Sequence record: SRR31147125_413
Direction: 5' to 3' (one strand)
Length of the DNA stretch: 36,711 nucleotides
How positions within the stretch are numbered: the first letter of the stretch is position 1; each line of letters starts with the position of its first letter. The position numbers and the translations under genes are program-made. Under the pieces are notes generated by a model. That model saw only the letters and a list, made by a program, of their open reading frames with translations, had not been told where the DNA came from and ran no database searches. Shown here one piece after another: positions 29,911 to 36,711 of this stretch.

Positions 29911-30765
29911 GTGAACAATTTGAGCGTAGTCATAAATATGTTGAAGTACAAAGATGAACTAAGTATTGCAGAAAGAGCAGTTTTAGACTATTTATTAGAA
30001 AATAAATCAGTCTTAAACGATTTTAGTGTTGAAAAAATTGCAGAAGCTGCCTATACATCTCCAGCATCAGTTGTACGTATGTGTAAAAAGATGGGTTATA
30101 AAGGATTTAAAGACTTTAAGATAGACTTTATTTTATCAAATGCTAAAGTAGAAATGCCTGATAATAAAGAATATGTTGACGTTGTTTTAAATAAGGATGA
30201 AAACTGTGGGAGATCTGCGATAGAGAATAATATTAGAGCATTGGAAGATACCTTAAATCTTTATGATAAAGAAGCCATCACAAAAGCTGCTGGTATTATT
30301 ATGAATGCTAGAAAAATATTAATTTTTGGTAAAGGTTCTTCATTTTTAGTGTGTAAAGACTTAGAAATGAAACTTAGACGTATTGATAAATTTTGTATTG
30401 CACAAGGTGAGTCACATGATCAGTTGATTGATGCAACTTTTATCAATCAAAAAGATGTTGTCATATTTATTTCTAATTCAGGTAAAACAAAGGAAATTGT
30501 TAGTGCAGCATTAGTCGCAAGACAAAATCATGCTAAAATTATTAGCATTACAAAAATTGGAAGCTCACTACTTGCAGATATGAGCGATGTCGTACTTTAT
30601 ACCTCATCACTAGAAGGTGAGTTTAGAAGTGCTGCGATGACTTCTAGAATTTCACAAATGTGCTTAGTTGATGCATTATTTGCAAGATGTACGTATACGA
30701 ATTTCGAACGATCAGTAAATAAATTAGAAATGACTTATAAGACTTTTAAAAAATTTAAGCGATAG
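29911..30765 (+). CDS. MurR/RpiR family transcriptional regulator
   Basis: HTH region SPASVVRMCKKMGYKGFKDFK; SIS domain FGKGSS, ISNSGKTKE and AMTSRISQ. Confidence 0.93.
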   Translation: MNNLSVVINMLKYKDELSIAERAVLDYLLENKSVLNDFSVEKIAEAAYTSPASVVRMCKKMGYKGFKDFKIDFILSNAKVEMPDNKEYVDVVLNKDENCGRSAIENNIRALEDTLNLYDKEAITKAAGIIMNARKILIFGKGSSFLVCKDLEMKLRRIDKFCIAQGESHDQLIDATFINQKDVVIFISNSGKTKEIVSAALVARQNHAKIISITKIGSSLLADMSDVVLYTSSLEGEFRSAAMTSRISQMCLVDALFARCTYTNFERSVNKLEMTYKTFKKFKR

Positions 30766-30768
30766 TTT

Positions 30769-30797
30769 AAGAGTTGACATGAAGTCAACTCTTTTTT
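30769..30797 (+). terminator. Intrinsic terminator
   Basis: AAGAGTTGAC-ATGAA-GTCAACTCTT followed by a T run. Confidence 0.75.
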
Positions 30798-30815
30798 ATA
30801 TAATTGGAGGAAAAT

Positions 30816-31280
30816 ATGGGTGTTAATTCAAAAGATATGTTAGTAGATTTATATCAAGATATATTCACAGAAGTTAAATGTGATTATGAAATTAAAAGGT
30901 TATTATCACCAAATAGTGATGATTTAGTTGCATTTGTGTTAAAGCATTTTTCAAAAACTTGGGCATCTGAAATTAAAGCAGCGATTTATAAAAACAATCC
31001 AAATTGTTGGATTGCAGTTTATAATCGTGAAATTGTAGGTTTTGCTTGTTATGATGCAACAGCTAAAGGTTATTTTGGACCTACTGGTGTTGATGAAGCA
31101 CATCGTGGACATAAAATAGGTAAAGCATTACTGATGCATTCACTTAAATCACTTAAAGATGAAGGTTATGGATATGCCATTATAGGTGGTGTTGAACCTC
31201 ATAATTTTGCTTTTTATGAAAAAACATGTCAAGCTGTTGTCATTGAAAATAGTAAAAAGATATATACTAGAATGGTGTAA
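30816..31280 (+). CDS. GNAT family N-acetyltransferase
   Basis: ATG 30816 after GGAGG; GYFGPTGVDEAHRGHKIGKALL acetyl-CoA motif and FYEK. Confidence 0.85.
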   Translation: MGVNSKDMLVDLYQDIFTEVKCDYEIKRLLSPNSDDLVAFVLKHFSKTWASEIKAAIYKNNPNCWIAVYNREIVGFACYDATAKGYFGPTGVDEAHRGHKIGKALLMHSLKSLKDEGYGYAIIGGVEPHNFAFYEKTCQAVVIENSKKIYTRMV

Positions 31281-31282
31281 AA

Positions 31283-33088
31283 ATGGATATTATAAGTGAT
31301 ATAGATATTAAACATGGTATTGAAGAAATACAAAAGATGTTTCCTAATTCATTTGTGGATATTAAAGTTATTCAGGTTAAATATCAAATGGAAGAAGCAG
31401 TCTATGTAAATAGAGTGCATGAAAAAGTTGTCATTAGATATCACGAAAAACATCAAGTTTTTTTAGCACTTAAAACACTCATGATTCATGGAAATCATTT
31501 TGAGTCAACGATAAAAGCTAGGATATCAGATTTATCCTATATGGTTGATTGTGCAAGAGGTGCAGTACCAAAGATATCTGCTTTAAAACAATTAGTCGTC
31601 AATCTTTCACTACTTGGGTATCGAAAACTAGGTTTATATGTGGAAGATGTGCTAGTATTACCGGATGAAGAGATGTTTGGTTATATGCGTGGTGCATATC
31701 ATAGTGAAGAAATTAATGAACTCATCACATATGCACAAGCATTTGGGATTAAAGTGGTGCCATACATTCAAACACTTGCACATTTATCACATATCTTTAA
31801 ACATCAAGTCTATCAAGAAATCTGTGATGTGAAAGATATTTTATGTGTTGGAGAAAACAAAACTTATGCACTGATTGAAAAGATGATAGTTTCGGCTAAA
31901 GATATGTTTCAAACACATGAGATTAATATTGGTATGGATGAAGCATGGCAATTAGGTCTTGGGAAATATCTTAAGCAACATGGTTATAAAGATAGATTAA
32001 ATATCATGATGCATCATTTAAAACAGGTTAGTGATATACTAGAAAAACATATGATGAAAGCATCCATGTGGGCAGATATGTTTTTTCTATTAAAAGATGG
32101 GACTTATCTCCTTGATCAACATACAGACTTTAATGATATCAAAAGTGAGGTCCCAAAACATATAAAACTCATTTATTGGGACTATTATCAAAAAGATAAA
32201 AGGAAATATACGCAAAAAATACAATCATTAAAAACACTATCTCAGCACATAGGATTTGCAGGTGGTGCTTGGAAATGGTTGGGGTATGCACCGTTAAATG
32301 CATTTTCAATTGAAACTATCACTGCATCATTTAAGGTTTGTGTAGAAGAAAATATTGACCAATATATATTAACTGCATGGGGTGATAATGGTGCAGAAGC
32401 ATCACTATTTTCAATGATGCCTACGTTAGTAGCTCTATCAGATTTAAACTATGATAGTTCTCATAAGGTCAATGAGACACTTACTTTGCTCACAAATTAT
32501 GATTTGTCTGAGTGGTTACTATTGGACCAATTAAATCATTTATATGAAAGTGATGCATTATACCCAGTAAATCCTTCGAAATATTTATTATTTGAAGATG
32601 TGCTTATGGGGCATCCAAAAATTTATGTCGATCAATCTTATGAAATATACTATACAAAACTCTTAGAAAAGTTAAATACACTCACAAATAGAACATCGAC
32701 ATACCATTATATATTTCAATCGCTTAATGATCTTGTTCATCTATTAGTATATAAATCGTCACTAAGTTTATATGTTTATAATGCATATCATCAAAAGCAT
32801 TCAAGGATGAGTATCATTAACAAAATTGATGCAGTAGAACAAAGGCTCAAAGTGTTTATGCAATCATTTAAAGAACAATGGTATTTAGAAAATAAACGAT
32901 TTGGATATGAAGTACATAGTTACCGTTTAGGTGGCTTACTAAATAGATTAAACGAAGTAAGGGATATATTATTAACAAATGATAGAATTGAAGAATTAGA
33001 ATTAAGAATTATAACAAAGAGACAGCCAGATGATCTTCGTGAAGGATGTCTATATTTTAATCAATTTGATAATTATTATACCTTTTAA
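31283..33088 (+). CDS. GH20 beta-N-acetylhexosaminidase (GcnA-like)
   Basis: MVDCARGAV, LYVED, PYIQTLAH, catalytic INIGMDEA, MWADMFF and TAWGDNGAE; no signal peptide. Confidence 0.88.
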   Translation: MDIISDIDIKHGIEEIQKMFPNSFVDIKVIQVKYQMEEAVYVNRVHEKVVIRYHEKHQVFLALKTLMIHGNHFESTIKARISDLSYMVDCARGAVPKISALKQLVVNLSLLGYRKLGLYVEDVLVLPDEEMFGYMRGAYHSEEINELITYAQAFGIKVVPYIQTLAHLSHIFKHQVYQEICDVKDILCVGENKTYALIEKMIVSAKDMFQTHEINIGMDEAWQLGLGKYLKQHGYKDRLNIMMHHLKQVSDILEKHMMKASMWADMFFLLKDGTYLLDQHTDFNDIKSEVPKHIKLIYWDYYQKDKRKYTQKIQSLKTLSQHIGFAGGAWKWLGYAPLNAFSIETITASFKVCVEENIDQYILTAWGDNGAEASLFSMMPTLVALSDLNYDSSHKVNETLTLLTNYDLSEWLLLDQLNHLYESDALYPVNPSKYLLFEDVLMGHPKIYVDQSYEIYYTKLLEKLNTLTNRTSTYHYIFQSLNDLVHLLVYKSSLSLYVYNAYHQKHSRMSIINKIDAVEQRLKVFMQSFKEQWYLENKRFGYEVHSYRLGGLLNRLNEVRDILLTNDRIEELELRIITKRQPDDLREGCLYFNQFDNYYTF

Positions 33089-33089
33089 A

Positions 33090-33117
33090 AAAAATGCTAG
33101 CGTCTGCTAGCATTTTT
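33090..33117. terminator. Bidirectional intrinsic terminator between convergent genes
   Basis: AAAAATGCTAGC-GTCT-GCTAGCATTTTT is a perfect inverted repeat with A/T tails on both sides. Confidence 0.85.
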
Positions 33118-33125
33118 ATATAAGA

Positions 33126-34364
33126 TTATTTAGATTCTTTAATAAATACAACTGCACATGCAATTAAACCACCAACGATGATTGAAATAGCAGCTAATAT
33201 AAAAATAGATTGTCCTCCATCAACTTCAATAATAGAGCCATTTTCATAAACGACACGAGTTTGTTCATTCATGTAATCTATATAGAATGCATTATAGTCT
33301 AATGTAAAATCTGTTAAATATTGATCAATCGATGTCAATGTTTCGACAAAATCAGATGAATCAGATGATGATAAACCTGTTTGATTAATGGCATTGATAA
33401 TTGTTTGATATTGATCAACTTGATAATTAAATTCGACATTTTCAATACGATAATTTGCAATTTCTGATAATAATAAATCAGCTTGTTGAAGATTAGAAGT
33501 TTCTACTAAATCTTGATACATTGTTTCTAATTCAGCAATTTTTAATGTATTAAGTGCAATATCATTTTCAATATATGCAATTTTAATCTTTAATTGATCA
33601 ATATAAGTCGTAGCGTTTTTATAATATACATTATCGATGATCTCTTGTTTTACTTCAGCAATTGATGGATATTTTTGGTAAGCTTTGATCAATTGTTCAC
33701 GTAGATCTAAAATACGTATATCATTAAATGTAATATCACCATATTGTTCAATGAATTGATTTATTTGTGATAATAACAATTGATATTGATCATAGTAGTA
33801 GTCAATTTGTTCACTATATTCTATGTCGTCTGATATGAGTGATAAATAATCATAAATAACAAGTGATTCATTTTTTTGTATGGCTTCTTCGATGATCGCA
33901 TAAATGAGATCGTTTATAAACTCACTTGATAACTCATGATCATAATTAAAATATTTTAACGGTATGGATAGTGAAAATCCATAATCACTATATATGAGTT
34001 CACTATCAGTGGATGCTATTGACTCTTGTCGACTAACAGTAGTTTGTGAATCTGTATAGATTGCTTCAATATCAATATCTTTATACATATCATTGCTAGT
34101 TTTGATTTTTTCTAGTTGATCATATGATATAAGATCACGATAATCAAATTGAGACCGATCAGGATATTTTTCTGATTCTATATTTAAAAAATAATACTCA
34201 AAATCAGTGGTTGCAATTTGCATAGGTTTAAATATTAAATATAAAGATAAAGTCATGAGTAACGCTATGGATAGCGTAACTATGAGTATTAAATATTTGT
34301 TTAACCATAATTTCTCGAAAATCTCTTTTAAACTTATTTCATGATCTATGTGTTCGTCTGTCAT
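33126..34364 (-). CDS. Wzz-like (polysaccharide co-polymerase-like) membrane protein
   Basis: N-terminal EISLKEIFEKLW..KYLI plus TM helix, long helical/coiled-coil loop, C-terminal TM with GG; RBS AAGGGGG. Confidence 0.6.
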   Translation of the reverse strand: MTDEHIDHEISLKEIFEKLWLNKYLILIVTLSIALLMTLSLYLIFKPMQIATTDFEYYFLNIESEKYPDRSQFDYRDLISYDQLEKIKTSNDMYKDIDIEAIYTDSQTTVSRQESIASTDSELIYSDYGFSLSIPLKYFNYDHELSSEFINDLIYAIIEEAIQKNESLVIYDYLSLISDDIEYSEQIDYYYDQYQLLLSQINQFIEQYGDITFNDIRILDLREQLIKAYQKYPSIAEVKQEIIDNVYYKNATTYIDQLKIKIAYIENDIALNTLKIAELETMYQDLVETSNLQQADLLLSEIANYRIENVEFNYQVDQYQTIINAINQTGLSSSDSSDFVETLTSIDQYLTDFTLDYNAFYIDYMNEQTRVVYENGSIIEVDGGQSIFILAAISIIVGGLIACAVVFIKESK

Positions 34365-34402
34365 GGTGTGTCCCCCTTATAATTTTTATGACTAACGTCA
34401 TT

Positions 34403-34430
34403 ATTATAACACATCAATTTTAAAAGACAA
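34403..34430 (-). promoter_or_regulatory. Sigma70-type promoter of the Wzz-like gene
   Basis: On the - strand: TTGTCT, 16 bp, TATAAT with TGn extension. Confidence 0.55.
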
Positions 34431-34441
34431 ATACTTCTTTT

Positions 34442-36145
34442 TTACTTTTTAATAAGATGCAATAATAGCTGATGAGATGCAATTTTTGGCCCTTCGCCTA
34501 AAATACCATCAACAGCAAGTTGTGTATACAAAACACCCACTGGTACTTGTGTTTCATATAACTTATTAAAATAATTATTTAAGATGATTTCGGTTTTATT
34601 TTGTTGCTGAACAGGACCAAAAGGATTTGCAAAATAACTATCAACAAGTCCTACTTCTGAAGTCGTTCCTTTTGCTTTTCGTCTACCTTGTCTAAAAACA
34701 TCTATAGCCAGTTGCTTATCTTCAAAGAAATCTAATCCTTTTGATGTTTCATGATAGTTGTTTGCATAAAATAACATATCAACCCTATGATCTTTCATAA
34801 TAAAATCATAACTAGATACAGGTAAAATAAGTCTAGCATTAGCTTGATCAGGATTTAGAAAGATTGCGCGATCAAATTCACGATATGCATAGCCTTGATC
34901 AAGATCATCAAGTCTAACAAATGCACCGATTTCAGTTCCATTTGCATACACTTCGCCATCTTTTAAATAAAATGTCCCCATATCATCAAATATTACATTC
35001 ATATCTTTAATATATGTATCACCAATTTGTCGAAGTGCTTCAAGTGTTTCAGATTTACCTGCACCACTATCACCAATAATGGCAATATTTTTTTGATTGC
35101 CATCTTTTAAAGTGATTTTAACCATAGATCCATGGATGGGTAGCATTTCGTGATCAATGTTATAGACATTGTGTAATGTTAATAACATTTTCTTTAAGTA
35201 ACCAAAATAATCATTTTTCTCTTGTAGAGATACAAAACCTACATAATAATCATTTTCTAAATCTTTATAGTATGTACAATCATATTGATCTTCTTTAATA
35301 CCATAAACATAAATAAGGTCTGGTTGTCTTTTTGTGTTTTCATCATAAGTGGCTGTTTCAAATAAATTACTTAAAGCAATACCATGATGTAGAAAATCAA
35401 CGTGGATATAAACAAATGCAAGTAGTTTACCTACATAAATAGGATATGCAATATAATCATTTTTATGAATATCTAGTTCATGTAAAGGATTATGTGATAT
35501 TTCTTTAAATAAACCTTGTCGTTTATTTGAATTTGAATAAATCATAAAAGGTGGTCTGATGAGTAATTCTTGAATAAAATTCATACCTTGTAATTTTTCA
35601 TAAGCTTTTACTTGTGTAAACTTATGAGGAAAAACCATAAGGTTTGCATTAACACCTGCTGGTAACTGACGATAAACTAAAAAGTCATCGCCTAAGATTT
35701 TTTGTGATATTGTTCGGTATAACAATAATACCTGATGATTAAAATCATCAGTTGTATTAATAAGCGTTGCAGCAAGATAATTTCTAGAAGACTTCTTATC
35801 ACCAGTAATGATACCAATACGTTCAAGTTTTCTCCAATAATCATAGAAGTGTTCTGTGAATTCATAAAGTTCATCGCGGAATTTTAAAATAGGTTTTAAA
35901 TGATCGTAGCCACTAATTTCATCATATGTCCATAATATAAGTAGTTTATATATTTCAACAAAAGTAGAAGTTCTTACTTTTTTAAAAGGTGCAATTGAAA
36001 TATCATCATTTTGTTTTAAAGATTTGATGTATTGACTAAGTACATAAACAAATTCTTTAGAAGATAGAATTTTAGTTTTTGTGTCACATGTTAATTGTCC
36101 AAAATTAATCATGGCATATCGATTTGTTAAATGGAATTTTTTCAT
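34442..36145 (-). CDS. PEP carboxykinase-like P-loop protein
   Basis: PIHGSM, Walker A GDSGAGKSE, IFDDMG and YFANPFGP follow the PEPCK/HPr-kinase motif order; the N-terminus is unlike classic PckA. Confidence 0.65.
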   Translation of the reverse strand: MKKFHLTNRYAMINFGQLTCDTKTKILSSKEFVYVLSQYIKSLKQNDDISIAPFKKVRTSTFVEIYKLLILWTYDEISGYDHLKPILKFRDELYEFTEHFYDYWRKLERIGIITGDKKSSRNYLAATLINTTDDFNHQVLLLYRTISQKILGDDFLVYRQLPAGVNANLMVFPHKFTQVKAYEKLQGMNFIQELLIRPPFMIYSNSNKRQGLFKEISHNPLHELDIHKNDYIAYPIYVGKLLAFVYIHVDFLHHGIALSNLFETATYDENTKRQPDLIYVYGIKEDQYDCTYYKDLENDYYVGFVSLQEKNDYFGYLKKMLLTLHNVYNIDHEMLPIHGSMVKITLKDGNQKNIAIIGDSGAGKSETLEALRQIGDTYIKDMNVIFDDMGTFYLKDGEVYANGTEIGAFVRLDDLDQGYAYREFDRAIFLNPDQANARLILPVSSYDFIMKDHRVDMLFYANNYHETSKGLDFFEDKQLAIDVFRQGRRKAKGTTSEVGLVDSYFANPFGPVQQQNKTEIILNNYFNKLYETQVPVGVLYTQLAVDGILGEGPKIASHQLLLHLIKK

Positions 36146-36185
36146 CTGGTAAGTCCCCTTTTTTAAGTATTATAAATATTATACC

Positions 36186-36207
36186 AAAAAAAGAGGCTTG
36201 GCCTCTT
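36186..36207 (-). terminator. Intrinsic terminator of the GNAT-like gene
   Basis: AAGAGGC/GCCTCTT stem followed on the - strand by a T run. An extended -10 (TGGTATAAT, 36186-36178) for the next gene follows directly. Confidence 0.65.
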
Positions 36208-36709
36208 ATATTTTTTTAATATAACAACGTCTTCGCTTATGATTAACATAATCAAAGTCTTTCCATTGATTTTGTATGGCAAAGTTTTCTTCTAATTCAG
36301 GACCAGTCTCAGCATATTTAACACCGTTTTTAATCCCAACTTTGCATGCATCTTCCATAAAGAGTGCCATCATCCCTTTATTTTGATGTCTTGGATCAAC
36401 TGCAACAAAATAAAAATCAACGACATCATGATGTTTTAAGCTTCTAAACAATCTAAATACACCAAATGGGAATAATTTACCATTGCTTTTTTTATTTGCT
36501 TTTGCAAGACTAGGCATTAAGACTGCAAATCCAGCAATCTCATCATTTTTATCAGTGACAAACCATAAGTAATCAAGTTGAACAATCATAAGTGTTTGTT
36601 CAACATAATAATCCATGACCTTATCAGTCACAGGATAAAAACCGTAAAGTTCCATAAATGCTTCATTATAAACATTAAATGCTTTATAAATATAATTTTT
36701 TATTTCTTT
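36206..36709 (-). CDS. GNAT-fold protein (YghO-like), 5' partial
   Basis: Frame is open to the window end (KEIKNYIYKAFNVYNEAF-MELYGF); NGKLFPFG, VAVDPRHQNKG and ELEEN motifs. Confidence 0.7.
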   Translation of the reverse strand, partial: KEIKNYIYKAFNVYNEAFMELYGFYPVTDKVMDYYVEQTLMIVQLDYLWFVTDKNDEIAGFAVLMPSLAKANKKSNGKLFPFGVFRLFRSLKHHDVVDFYFVAVDPRHQNKGMMALFMEDACKVGIKNGVKYAETGPELEENFAIQNQWKDFDYVNHKRRRCYIKKI

Positions 36710-36711
36710 TT

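Noticed and set aside
141-35874. Many 60-100 aa alternative-frame and antisense ORFs in the track (e.g. 159-422, 2391-2693, 7936-8187, 13104-13316, 35692-35874)
   Set aside because: They lie within or mostly overlap well-supported genes, have no recognisable motifs, and look like codon-bias shadows.
1-36711. CRISPR array, IS element, tRNA or rRNA
   Set aside because: No spaced direct repeats, transposase ORF or RNA-gene-like segment was seen; intergenic gaps are short and mostly explained by promoters and hairpins.

Overview
AT-rich bacterial window using the standard code (TGA is a stop, Trp is TGG). Gene style suggests a non-Mycoplasma mollicute (Acholeplasmataceae/Izemoplasmatales-like); this taxonomy is inferred, not proven. 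Bases 1-33088 form one co-oriented + strand locus that reads as a peptidoglycan-utilisation system. It encodes membrane-anchored surface hydrolases (GHL10/DigH-like glycosidase, Ig-stalked Amidase_2 lipoprotein), an unknown 791-aa surface protein, and a 10-gene carbohydrate import module (two solute-binding proteins, four permeases, NHL/TPR, YIP1, DUF5696-like and YesL-like proteins; no ATPase). A cytoplasmic catabolic chain follows (AmiE-like, NamZ, NagZ, MurK-like kinase, MurQ, NagB, SGNH esterase, PIG-L deacetylase, GlcD/LctD-like FAD oxidoreductase, GNAT, GH20) with an RpiR/MurR regulator. Four genes are broken by a single missing A in A-runs, most likely assembly errors. After a bidirectional terminator come three - strand genes (Wzz-like, PEPCK-like P-loop protein, partial GNAT-like). 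No rRNA, tRNA, CRISPR array or mobile element was seen.
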